Shown: positions 8,388 through 16,557 of the stretch, piece after piece
Layout of the letters: each line of letters begins with the position of its first letter
Numbering within the stretch: the stretch's first letter is position 1
Assembly (NCBI GenBank): GCA_963810815.1
Contig: CAWEPB010000002.1
Span: 80,940 to 144,939 of the forward strand
Direction of reading: 5' to 3'
DNA from: an uncultured beta proteobacterium
GTDB taxonomy: Bacteria > Pseudomonadota > Gammaproteobacteria > Burkholderiales > Casimicrobiaceae
DNA length: 64,000 nucleotides
Position numbers and translations under genes: made by a program
Notes under the pieces: generated by a model
Database searches by the model: none
Told to the model about the DNA's origin: nothing
Seen by the model: only the letters and a program-made list of their open reading frames with translations

Positions 8388-10105
8388 AATCCGGGGTTGC
8401 CGGCGACGCCCTGCACCTCGGGCAGGTTGAGCTTGCCTGGCTTGACGACCGACCTTGCGCGCAGGTGGCGCGCGACGAGCTCCCATACCGGCTCGCCGCC
8501 GGTCGCCTTCGCCTCCTCGGACACCGGCGCCCAGCCCGCGACCTTGTAGGTCTTCGCGGCCTCGATCGGCTTCCCGCGGAGTTGCATCCGGCTGATCCGG
8601 CGCCCCTGCGCCGCGACGGGATCGATCGCGTACTGCAGCCCGCCGACGCGCACCATGTCCCCGCCCTGCTGGTAGTACGGGTCGGGGTTGAAGAGGTTGT
8701 CGGCAACGTCCTCGAGGATCGTCTTGATCATCTCGCCGGAGAGGTTGCTGACGGTCGTGTAGGGATAGGTGATCGCCGTCTGGTCCAGTACGTGCTCCAT
8801 CGTGATCGCCTGGCCGGGCAGCAGCGAGGTGCCCCAGCGGAAACCCGGCGAGAACGCGATCTCGGCGTTCTTCTCCGCCATCAGCGCATCGAGGATCAGC
8901 TGATCGAAGGTGCCGTTGAAGTTGCCGCGGCGGTAGAGCAGTTCCTCGGTCACCGCGAGCTTTTCCTCGAGCTTCGCCTTGTGCGGCGCGCGCACCTTGT
9001 CGATGAGCGCGGCCATGTCCCTGTCGGCCGGCAGCAGGTTCGAGAACACCGGTACGAGGCGGTAGCGGAAATCGGCCACCTTGCCGCCCTTGACGTCGAG
9101 GTCGAGCACACCGAGGAACTTGCCGTTGCTGCCGGCGTTCGTGACGAGCGTCTTGCCGCCGCGATTGGCGATGACCGAAGGCTGCGGCACGCCGTCGTGC
9201 GTGTGCCCTCCGAGAATCGCGTCGAGGCCGGTGACGCGGGACGCGAGCTTCAGGTCGACGTCCATGCCGTTGTGCGACAGCAGCACGACTGCCTGCGCAC
9301 CCTTGCCGCGCGCCTCGTCGATCATCTTCTGCAGGTTGTCGTCCTGGATGCCGAACGTCCACTCGGGCACGAAGTAGCGGGGATTCGCGATCGGCGTGTA
9401 CGGGAACGCCTGTCCGACGATGGCGACCGGCACGCCGTTGATCGGCTTGATCACGTAGGGCGCGAAGACCGGATCGCCGAAGTCCGTCGTCTTGACGTTC
9501 TGGGCGACAAAGTCGACCTTGCCGGCGAAGTCCTTCTCGACGATGCCCTTCACGCGCTCGGCCCCGAGCGTGAACTCCCAGTGCGCGGTCATCACGTCCA
9601 CGCCGAGCAGCTTGGCCGCGTCGACCATGTCCTGCCCATTGGTCCACAGCGCGGTGCCCGAGCCCTGCCATGTGTCGCCGCCGTCGAGCAGCAGCGCCCC
9701 GGGCCGCGTCGCGCGGAGCTTCTTCACCAGCGTCGCAAGATGCGCGAAACCGCCGGTGCGGCCGTAGGCCCGCGCCGCCCGGTCGAAATCCAGGTAGGTG
9801 AATGCGTGAGCCTCCCGCGTTCCCGGCGCGATGCCGAAATGCTTCAGCAGCGCCTCGCCGACGAGGTGCGGCGGCTTCCCGGCGGCTGCACCGATGCCCA
9901 GGTTGACGCTCGGCTCGCGGAAGTAGATGGGCAGCAACTGCGCGTGGCAGTCGGTGAAGTGCAGCAGACTCACGTTGCCGAACGGCGTGATGCCGTCGTA
10001 GAACCTGTCGCCCGCGGACAGATCCAGCGCGGCGCGGCTGGCGATCGGGAGGCCCGCGGTGGCGGCAGCAGCGAGCATCTGGAGGAATTCGCGGCGGTTC
10101 AGCAT
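8369..10105 (-). CDS. soxB: Thiosulfohydrolase SoxB (dimanganese 5'-nucleotidase-family sulfur-oxidation enzyme)
   Basis: ATG at 10105 gives the Tat signal MLNRREFLQMLAAAATAGL. Metallophosphoesterase motifs HFTDCHAQ, DGGDTWQGS and GGHTHD, plus a 5'-nucleotidase C-terminal domain. 578 aa. Lies in the sox cluster. Confidence 0.95.
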   Translation of the reverse strand: MLNRREFLQMLAAAATAGLPIASRAALDLSAGDRFYDGITPFGNVSLLHFTDCHAQLLPIYFREPSVNLGIGAAAGKPPHLVGEALLKHFGIAPGTREAHAFTYLDFDRAARAYGRTGGFAHLATLVKKLRATRPGALLLDGGDTWQGSGTALWTNGQDMVDAAKLLGVDVMTAHWEFTLGAERVKGIVEKDFAGKVDFVAQNVKTTDFGDPVFAPYVIKPINGVPVAIVGQAFPYTPIANPRYFVPEWTFGIQDDNLQKMIDEARGKGAQAVVLLSHNGMDVDLKLASRVTGLDAILGGHTHDGVPQPSVIANRGGKTLVTNAGSNGKFLGVLDLDVKGGKVADFRYRLVPVFSNLLPADRDMAALIDKVRAPHKAKLEEKLAVTEELLYRRGNFNGTFDQLILDALMAEKNAEIAFSPGFRWGTSLLPGQAITMEHVLDQTAITYPYTTVSNLSGEMIKTILEDVADNLFNPDPYYQQGGDMVRVGGLQYAIDPVAAQGRRISRMQLRGKPIEAAKTYKVAGWAPVSEEAKATGGEPVWELVARHLRARSVVKPGKLNLPEVQGVAGNPGLGSGRI

Positions 10106-10125
10106 GGCAATGGGGAGTGGCCCGG

Positions 10126-10617
10126 TCAGGAAACGGCGTAGCGCGCGAGGGCGCGGACATCTTCTTCGAACATCTCGCCGACTTCGCGGCGCAGGATTCG
10201 TCCCGAGCCGTCGACGACGAACAGCACGGGCAGGCCCTTGCGCAGGTCGAACCGGCGCAGCGTGTCGGCATCCGCCAGCGCCGCAGGAAACGTGTATCCG
10301 TTGTCGGCGAGGTAGGCGCGCGCCTTCGCGGCGTCCTTGTCGATCGAGAACGTCACCACCTCCAGCCCGCGCCCGCCGTGCTGGCGGTACAGCGCCTCGA
10401 GCAGCGGATTCTGGCGCTTGCAGAAGGGGCACCACGACGCCCAGAACTCGACGACGACGACGCGACCGGCAAGCCGCGAAGCGGGCAGCGTCGTGCCGTC
10501 CAGGAGCTGCAGATCGCGCCACTCGACGCGGTCACCGATCTCCGCCGCGCGCGCGACTGGCGCGGCCGCCGCCGGGACAAGCAGCGATGCAAGCGTGAGG
10601 AAGTCCCGGCGTTTCAT
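10126..10617 (-). CDS. Periplasmic TlpA/SoxW-like thioredoxin (thiol:disulfide oxidoreductase)
   Basis: Tat-like signal MKRRDFLTLASLL. Thioredoxin-fold active site FWASWCPFC. Located between soxX and soxB. Confidence 0.85.
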   Translation of the reverse strand: MKRRDFLTLASLLVPAAAAPVARAAEIGDRVEWRDLQLLDGTTLPASRLAGRVVVVEFWASWCPFCKRQNPLLEALYRQHGGRGLEVVTFSIDKDAAKARAYLADNGYTFPAALADADTLRRFDLRKGLPVLFVVDGSGRILRREVGEMFEEDVRALARYAVS

Positions 10618-10675
10618 CGGTACGTGGGCACCGGGCGCCGGCGCGAGGGGAGGCGAATCGCGCCGGCGGTGACTG

Positions 10676-11323
10676 TCAATTGTTGACGGGCGAGCGCGGG
10701 TCCAGCAGCAGCGACATGACGTCGCGGATCTGCTTCTCGTCGAGCAGCTTCATGTGGCCGAAGCGGGGCATGTTGGAGCAGGCCATGTAGGCCTTGCTGT
10801 TCCACAGCTTGCCCCAGGTGTACTGGATGACCGCCGCGGACGACGGGTCGGTCACGTTCTTGACGCCGCGGATCTTGCCGTAGTTGTAGAGGCTCGGGCC
10901 GATGGTGCCGAAGGAGATCTCCTTCTTGTCGAGCTGGTGGCAGTTGTAGCACTGGCCCCCGTTGCCCTTGGTGTCGGCGCTCGCGTCGGTCCAGGTCATG
11001 CCGCGGCCGCTCTGGGCCAGCTTCTCTCCTTCGGCCCAGTTGCCGAAGTACTGCCCGCCGGCCGGCCACCTGATGCTGGCCAAGGCTTCGGCCTCGATGC
11101 GCTTGGCCACTTCCGGCGACGGCGGCGTGGCGGACGAACATGCGGACTGTCCCAGATCCTGCTTGATCCGGTCGGCCTTGGCGATGCCCTCGTCGCGGAA
11201 CGAGTTCTTCATCATGGCCGCGAACTCGGCATCCAGATCGGCGCTCGGGCCGACGCTCGCGCATCCTGCCACCAGGGCTGCCACGGCGACGCCGAAGATG
11301 ACATGCTTGGTCTTGAGTTTCAT
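10676..11323 (-). CDS. soxX: SoxX, monoheme cytochrome c subunit of SoxAX (long form, predicted lipoprotein)
   Basis: Single CYNCH heme site. Lipobox LVAGC after the signal sequence. Directly downstream of soxA (13-nt gap). Confidence 0.9.
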   Translation of the reverse strand: MKLKTKHVIFGVAVAALVAGCASVGPSADLDAEFAAMMKNSFRDEGIAKADRIKQDLGQSACSSATPPSPEVAKRIEAEALASIRWPAGGQYFGNWAEGEKLAQSGRGMTWTDASADTKGNGGQCYNCHQLDKKEISFGTIGPSLYNYGKIRGVKNVTDPSSAAVIQYTWGKLWNSKAYMACSNMPRFGHMKLLDEKQIRDVMSLLLDPRSPVNN

Positions 11324-11336
11324 GGCGTCAGCTCCT

Positions 11337-12143
11337 TCAGCGCTTGAGGGCCGGCGCGATGGACTTCGCGCCCTTGGCGTTGACGCCCATGTAGACCGCC
11401 AGGGCTATGGTCACGTCGGAGGCGAAGAGCGGATAGGCGAAACGCTGCAGCCGGAGGCAGTCGTTCAATCGCAGCTGCATGCTCCACATCTGCCCGTTGG
11501 ACACCCGGTACGCCGGCCACGCGGCGATGCCCAGGCCGTCGCCCGGATTCTTGTAGAGGGGGGGCAGGTCCTGCAGACGGATGCGCTTGCCCTCTTCGCC
11601 GTGGCAGCTGGCGCAGGAGAAGTCCATCGGCCCGGCACGGTAATGGAATGCCTTCTCGCCCAGCGCGTAGAACTTGCGCTCCAGCGGATTGTCCTGCGGC
11701 AGCGCAAAGCGCATGTCGCGCGACTGGCCCGAGATCCAGGTGGCCATGGCGGTGATGTTGGCCATCTCGCCCTTGCCGAACGGGGTCTTGGCCAGTTCCT
11801 CGGCGTTGAATCCCTGCAGGGTTGCCATGCAGGTCACCAGCCGCGACTCGACATCCTGGACCCGCCCGGTGTCGGCGAAGTAGCGGGGCAGTTCGACCCA
11901 GGCTCCCTTGACGACCCCCGGCCCCTTGCCGAGATCGCACTTCTCCAGGCTGACCTTCTTCGGTCCGCGCGGGGTCTTCCACAACTCCTCGCCCTTGACC
12001 TCGAACAGCTCCGCGGGGTTGCCGTCGGCCAGCGCCGCCCGATACTTCTCGATTTCCTTGATCGAGTCCTGGCCGAACGCCAGTGACGAGACCAGCGCCG
12101 CCGCCAGCGCGGCGGCCGCCACGCGTTTCACACGATTGCCCAC
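11337..12143 (-). CDS. soxA: SoxA, cytochrome c subunit of SoxAX (single-heme type)
   Basis: GTG start at 12143 with GGAGG RBS 6 nt upstream. Signal peptide. One CXXCH (CASCH) plus the conserved distal Cys context LRLNDCLRLQ. Confidence 0.9.
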   Translation of the reverse strand: MGNRVKRVAAAALAAALVSSLAFGQDSIKEIEKYRAALADGNPAELFEVKGEELWKTPRGPKKVSLEKCDLGKGPGVVKGAWVELPRYFADTGRVQDVESRLVTCMATLQGFNAEELAKTPFGKGEMANITAMATWISGQSRDMRFALPQDNPLERKFYALGEKAFHYRAGPMDFSCASCHGEEGKRIRLQDLPPLYKNPGDGLGIAAWPAYRVSNGQMWSMQLRLNDCLRLQRFAYPLFASDVTIALAVYMGVNAKGAKSIAPALKR

Positions 12144-12212
12144 GTCATACCTCCGGAGTGTGGTGCGCGACCCGCCGCGCGTCGTCGAAAAGGGGCCCGC
12201 TCTCCCGCGCCG

Positions 12213-12653
12213 CTAGGGACGCAGGTAGGCGTAGCCTTCCTTGGCCTGGAGCTTGGAGACCTCGGCGACTCCGGAGGGGACTATCTTGGCCTCGGCGATC
12301 ACCTTGCTCTTGTCGATGTTGCGCGACTGCAGCGTGAAATTGCAGACGCGGAACTCGATGCCCTTCGAGACCAGATCCTGCACCAGCGGCTCGTAGAGGT
12401 TGCCGTTCTTGTCGACGGCGCCGTCGAGCAGGAAGTTGATGCCGGCCGCGTGCGTCACCACGACGATCTTTGCCGTGGGATCGGCGGCAAGGTGGTTCTT
12501 GATGTTGCGCATCGCCGCGGTCGCCTGATCGTTGCCCTCGTTCAGGTGATAGACGACCTTGACCGGACCGGACGGATCGGCCGCGAGGGCCGGGACTGCG
12601 CACATCGCCACCGCGAACGCGGCCGCGGCCGCAGCGTTACGCCATATCGACAT
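12213..12653 (-). CDS. DsrE/DsrF-like family protein with Sec signal peptide
   Basis: ATG at 12653 follows GGAGGAGG. MSIWRNAAAAAAFAVAMCAVPALA is a signal peptide. The VKVVYHLNEG...KIVVVTHAAGINFL...FRVCNFTL pattern resembles DsrE-like sulfur-relay folds. Confidence 0.75.
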   Translation of the reverse strand: MSIWRNAAAAAAFAVAMCAVPALAADPSGPVKVVYHLNEGNDQATAAMRNIKNHLAADPTAKIVVVTHAAGINFLLDGAVDKNGNLYEPLVQDLVSKGIEFRVCNFTLQSRNIDKSKVIAEAKIVPSGVAEVSKLQAKEGYAYLRP

Positions 12654-12746
12654 CGGAACCTCCTCCTGGTCGGGGCGCACGGTGCGCCCTTGGTTGCGCC
12701 CCGCGAGATCGTCGCCTCGTCGGTGCGCGCGCGAAACGGTTTCGCC

Positions 12747-13058
12747 CTACGCGATCGTCGCTTCGTCGGTGCGCTTTTCGCCGCGGTTGTCGGTCCAGGT
12801 GACCTGGACCTTCTCGCCCTTGGCACCGCCCTTGAACTTGAACGACAGGAACGGGTTCTTCGCCACCGCCGGGCCCCACTGCGCGGACAGCACGGTCTTG
12901 CCGTTGTGGGTCGCGGTCACGTTCTGGATGAACCACGCCGGGATCGTCTTGCCCTGCGGGTCCTTTCGCTGGCCGGTCTCCATTTCGTGGCTCATCAGCA
13001 CCTTCACTTCGGTCGAATCGCCAACGACGTTCGCCCGGATTCGCATCGGATCTGCCAT
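12747..13058 (-). CDS. soxZ: SoxZ, sulfur carrier complex subunit
   Basis: MADPMRIRA...VKVLMSHEMETGQRKD...PAWFI is a typical SoxZ sequence. 103 aa. Follows soxY by 35 nt. Confidence 0.9.
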   Translation of the reverse strand: MADPMRIRANVVGDSTEVKVLMSHEMETGQRKDPQGKTIPAWFIQNVTATHNGKTVLSAQWGPAVAKNPFLSFKFKGGAKGEKVQVTWTDNRGEKRTDEATIA

Positions 13059-13093
13059 GTCTTGCCTCCTGGTGGTCGTGTTGGGGGTGCGCG

Positions 13094-13567
13094 TCAGCCG
13101 CCGCAGCCGCCCAGCGTGACCTTGATTTCCTTGGACGCCACGTAGTACTTGCCGTCGGCCTTGACCAGTGCATAGACGTTCGAGCTCTGGCCCATCTTCA
13201 GGCGGGTGGTGATCGCCGGGTCGGTGCCGGCGGGGATGTCGAACGACGCGACCAGCATGTTCGGATTCTTCTCGACCAGGATCGCGATCGACTCGGTCTT
13301 CGGGATCGCGCTCGACACGCCGACCGGCACGACGGCGCCGTTCTCGGCGATGTCGGGCGTCTGCACGAACGTGATGTCCTTGCTCTGCGTCGCACCGCTG
13401 CCGCCCAGCGCCTTGACCGTATCGTCGAGCGTCTTGGTGTCGAATGCGGCCTTGTTCCACGCCGCCTGCGCCGCCGCGTCGCGCGGCAGCCAGCCGGCCG
13501 CCGCGACCAGGGCGAACAGCGTGACCCCGCCGCTTTTCTTCAGAATGTCCCTGCGTTGCGTATCCAT
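13094..13567 (-). CDS. soxY: SoxY, sulfur-binding carrier protein
   Basis: Tat signal MDTQRRDILKKSGG. Diagnostic C-terminal swinging-arm motif VTLGGCGG directly before the stop. Confidence 0.95.
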   Translation of the reverse strand: MDTQRRDILKKSGGVTLFALVAAAGWLPRDAAAQAAWNKAAFDTKTLDDTVKALGGSGATQSKDITFVQTPDIAENGAVVPVGVSSAIPKTESIAILVEKNPNMLVASFDIPAGTDPAITTRLKMGQSSNVYALVKADGKYYVASKEIKVTLGGCGG

Positions 13568-13598
13568 GTCTTCCTCCGACTGCCGAAAATTAGGTGAC

Positions 13599-13628
13599 GT
13601 TATACCCGGTTCCGATTCCAGCGTGCAA
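13599..13628 (-). promoter_or_regulatory. Candidate sigma70 promoter for soxYZ
   Basis: On the minus strand, TTGCAC (13628-13623), an 18-nt spacer, then TATAAC (13604-13599). Lies in a locally AT-richer spacer between soxD and soxY. Confidence 0.3.
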
Positions 13629-13676
13629 CCGGCCGGCCCGACATCATGCCCTGCCGCAACTCTGCCGACCAAGCGG

Positions 13677-14714
13677 CTATTTTGCGCCCTCGAGGATCCA
13701 CTGCACCATCGCCCGCGCGTCCGCTTCCCTGACCTGGGCCTGCGGGGGCATCGGGATCTGGCCCCAGACGCCGGTGCCGCCCGCGCGCACCTTGGCGGCG
13801 AGTTTCGCCTCCGCCGAGGTGTCGCCCGTGTACTTGGCGGCGATCTCGCGGAACCCCGGGCCGACAACCCGGCTGGCCACCGCATGGCACGCCGTGCAGC
13901 CCGCCTGCTTGACCATCGCCGACGGGTCGGGGGTTGCCGCCGGCTTCGCCGGCGACGCCGCTCCCGGCGCCCCGGCCGCCGCCACGGTGGTCCCGGACCT
14001 GGTGCCGCGCGCCGCGCCGGTGCCTTCGATCGGACCGAGGTCGCGGGTCTGTTCGGCCAGGTTGCCATGCGAGTCGCGGGCGTAGTCGGGATATTCCGAC
14101 GACAGCCGGATTTCGGCGCCGCAGTTGGTCATGCAGAGGGTGTTCATCACGTCGGGCTTGCCGTCGCGCCGCATGAAACCGTGGTCGGTGGTGAAGCCGT
14201 CGCGATTGGGCAGCTTCAGCTTCGGCAGCGACTCGCGGTCGAGCGCGGCGTCGGCGGGAAGGATGTCCGACAGGTGCAGCACGTACGCCGTCAGCGCGTA
14301 CACCTCGTTGGGCGTCAGCGTCTTGGGGTTCGTGAACGGCATCGCCCGGTTGATGTAGTCCCAGAGCGTCGTCGCATGGGCGAGCTTGCTGCCGGTGGTG
14401 CGCATCGGCTGGTCGCTCTTGAGCGAACCCACGCCGCCGGCGATCGCCATGTAGTCGGTGCTCTCGCCGAAGGTGCCGTGGCAGCTCGCGCACTTCCGGT
14501 CGTAGATTTCCTGGCCTTCGGCAACGGTGCCGCGACCGGGCGGAAGACCCTTGCCGTCCGGGCGAACGTCGATGTCCCAGGCGGCGATCTGCTCGGGGGT
14601 CGGCGCCTGGCCGAAGCCGTACTTCGGTGCCGACCTGGATTCCGCCGCCAGGACCGGGAAGGCGATGGCAGCCGCAAGCATGCCGACGGCCGCACGGCGG
14701 CCGATCGCACGCAT
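13677..14714 (-). CDS. soxD: SoxD, diheme cytochrome c subunit of sulfane dehydrogenase, with C-terminal c551-like module
   Basis: ATG at 14714 gives a signal peptide MRAIGRRAAVGMLAAAIAFPVLAAE. Heme 1 is CASCH. After an Ala/Gly/Pro linker comes a second domain, GCTACHAV...GVWGQIPMPPQ, closely resembling Pseudomonas cytochrome c551. An alternative ATG at 14753 overlaps soxC. Confidence 0.85.
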   Translation of the reverse strand: MRAIGRRAAVGMLAAAIAFPVLAAESRSAPKYGFGQAPTPEQIAAWDIDVRPDGKGLPPGRGTVAEGQEIYDRKCASCHGTFGESTDYMAIAGGVGSLKSDQPMRTTGSKLAHATTLWDYINRAMPFTNPKTLTPNEVYALTAYVLHLSDILPADAALDRESLPKLKLPNRDGFTTDHGFMRRDGKPDVMNTLCMTNCGAEIRLSSEYPDYARDSHGNLAEQTRDLGPIEGTGAARGTRSGTTVAAAGAPGAASPAKPAATPDPSAMVKQAGCTACHAVASRVVGPGFREIAAKYTGDTSAEAKLAAKVRAGGTGVWGQIPMPPQAQVREADARAMVQWILEGAK

Positions 14715-14736
14715 CCGCGCCCCGGTTCGGACCGGC

Positions 14737-16059
14737 TCAAAGAACCTGGACATTGGACACCTCGCCGGTGGCATCGACGCGCCAGGTCTGGATCGCGTTG
14801 TTGTGGTAGATCGAACGCGTGCCGCGGACCGCGCGCAGCTGGCGCAGCGCCGGCTGCACGTAGCCGGTGTCGTCGACGGCGCGCGACTGCAGCAGCGCCG
14901 GCCCGCCATCCCAGTTCCAGTCGATGCGAAAGCGCGTGAGCGCCTTGGTGTGCACCGGCTCCTGCAGCTGCGCGGTGCGCCAGTTCCTGCCGCCGTCGGT
15001 CGACACGTCGACGCGGCGCACCTTGCCGCGCCCCGACCACGCGAACCCGGTGATCTGGTGGTAGCCCTTGTCGAGGATGACCTGGCCGCCCGACGGCGAC
15101 GTGATGACGCTCTTCGCTTCCTGGATCCACGTGAACTGCCGATGGACGCCTCCCGGGAGCAGGTCGATGTAGTGCAGAGCTTCCTCACGCGTGTACCACG
15201 GCTGGTCGCCGACCTCGATGCGGCGCAGCCACTTGACGCTGGACACGCCCTGCACCCCCGGCACCAGCAGCCGCAGCGGGTAGCCCTGCTCGGGCCGCAG
15301 CATCTCGCCGTTCTGGCCGTAGGCGACGATCACGTCGTCGAGCGCCATCTCGATCGGCACCGTGCGCGTGAGGGCGGCGCCGTCGGAGCCCTCGGCCAGC
15401 ACGAACCGCGCGGCCTTCCGGTCGACGCCGACCTCGTCCAGCAGCGTCGACAGCAGGACCCCGGTCCACTCGCTGCACGCCAGCATGCCGTGCGAGAACT
15501 GCACCGTCGGCACGGCGACGTTGCCCCACTCCATGCCGGTGTTGGCGCCGCATTCGATGAAGTGCACGCGCGACACCGACGGAAAGCGGATGATGTCGTC
15601 CACCGTGAACATCCGCGGGGCCTTGACCATGCCGTGCACCATCAGCCGGTGCTGGAACGGGTCGATGTCCGGAATCCCGGCGTGGTGCCGCTCGAAATGC
15701 AGACCCGAAGGCGTGATGATGCCGAACAGGTTCTGCAGCGGCGTGAACGAGACCGACGAATGCGGCGTGCGGGTGAGGCCGGGGCTTTCGCGCCGGCGCA
15801 CGCTCGCCTCGAACCGCGACGGCACCCCGTACGGCGAGGTCAGGATCGGCGCGCCGAGCGTCTTGCTCCAGTCCGGGACCAGCGCCGACTTGTCCTGTGC
15901 GGCGGCCCGGCCGGGGGCCAGCGCAGCCCCCGCGGCGACCATGCCGCCGGAGAGCGCGGCGGCGCGCCGCAGAAAACCGCGGCGCGCGCCATCCTTCGGC
16001 GCAGACGGCGCCTCGGGTGCCGGGCGTATCCGCCCCGGCACGAGTGTCTTCTCCGGCAT
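14737..16059 (-). CDS. soxC: SoxC, molybdopterin subunit of sulfane dehydrogenase (sulfite-oxidase family)
   Basis: Tat signal ARRGFLRRAAALSGG. The sulfite-oxidase fold includes a conserved Mo-ligand Cys context (HFIECGAN). 440 aa. Upstream of soxD. Confidence 0.9.
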   Translation of the reverse strand: MPEKTLVPGRIRPAPEAPSAPKDGARRGFLRRAAALSGGMVAAGAALAPGRAAAQDKSALVPDWSKTLGAPILTSPYGVPSRFEASVRRRESPGLTRTPHSSVSFTPLQNLFGIITPSGLHFERHHAGIPDIDPFQHRLMVHGMVKAPRMFTVDDIIRFPSVSRVHFIECGANTGMEWGNVAVPTVQFSHGMLACSEWTGVLLSTLLDEVGVDRKAARFVLAEGSDGAALTRTVPIEMALDDVIVAYGQNGEMLRPEQGYPLRLLVPGVQGVSSVKWLRRIEVGDQPWYTREEALHYIDLLPGGVHRQFTWIQEAKSVITSPSGGQVILDKGYHQITGFAWSGRGKVRRVDVSTDGGRNWRTAQLQEPVHTKALTRFRIDWNWDGGPALLQSRAVDDTGYVQPALRQLRAVRGTRSIYHNNAIQTWRVDATGEVSNVQVL

Positions 16060-16133
16060 TCAAATCTCCCTGCGCGATCCGGTCGACCGTCCGGCGGGCG
16101 GACTCGACGGCGAACCGCGTGACGGCGTGGGTT

Positions 16134-16532
16134 TCAGTGGTTCGAAGCGAATTCGATCAGTTCGTCGCGCAGCGGTGCCCGGTCGTCGATCCGGCTCGCG
16201 ATCTGTACGCACACCGTGCGGCAGATCTCGGCGAAGGTCGGATCGTTGACCATGTAGAACACCACGTTGCGCTCCTTCCGGCGGCTGACGACGCCCGCCT
16301 GATGCAGCAGCGAGAGATGCCGCGACACGTTCGTCTGGCTGGCGCCGGTCGCGTTGACGATCGCGGTGACCGAATGCTCGGTCGAGCAGATCGTATGCAG
16401 GATCTTCAGCCGCGTCGGCTCGGACAGCAAGCCGAAATAGCGGGCGACGGCGCCGAAGACGTGGTTCATGTCGGCGGCGGTCGGCGGTACGGTCGAGTTC
16501 GCGAAGTCAGGGGTGGGAAGTGAGTCGTTCAT
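16134..16532 (-). CDS. soxR: ArsR-family transcriptional regulator (SoxR-like)
   Basis: ATG at 16532. The ArsR wHTH is LLSEPTRLKILHTI...SVTAIVNATGASQTNVSRHLSLLHQAGVV. First gene of the sox cluster. The track ORF is extended upstream to 16697. Confidence 0.85.
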   Translation of the reverse strand: MNDSLPTPDFANSTVPPTAADMNHVFGAVARYFGLLSEPTRLKILHTICSTEHSVTAIVNATGASQTNVSRHLSLLHQAGVVSRRKERNVVFYMVNDPTFAEICRTVCVQIASRIDDRAPLRDELIEFASNH

Positions 16533-16543
16533 GATCGTATGAC

Positions 16544-16557
16544 TATATGCACATATA
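16544..16557. promoter_or_regulatory. AT-rich inverted repeat TATATG-CA-CATATA, candidate ArsR/SoxR operator
   Basis: Perfect 6+6 inverted repeat 12 nt upstream of the soxR start codon, in the divergent soxR/dioxygenase-like spacer. Strikingly AT-rich for this genome. Confidence 0.4.

Noticed and set aside
8158-8392. Search for a target-site duplication flanking the inverted-repeat element.
   Set aside because: The 5 bp on the left (TGAAC) and on the right (AATCC) differ, and no 2-9 bp direct repeat is evident. Transposition is therefore not proven. The element is reported only as MITE-like, with reduced confidence.
10106-10522. N-terminal extension of the soxB ORF in the track, which would overlap the thioredoxin gene.
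   Set aside because: The Tat signal peptide begins at ATG 10105. The upstream part is Arg/Pro-rich junk and overlaps a well-supported gene in another frame. Similar upstream extensions were trimmed for soxD (to 14714), soxR (to 16532), anmK, pyk, fba, polA, uvrD, cysNC, pyrB and yqgE.
14737-14753. Alternative soxD start at ATG 14753 (MSRFFEPVRTGAR...), overlapping the soxC stop by 17 nt.
   Set aside because: The signal peptide proper begins at the ATG at 14714. The 13 extra residues are not needed, although this start cannot be excluded without experimental data.
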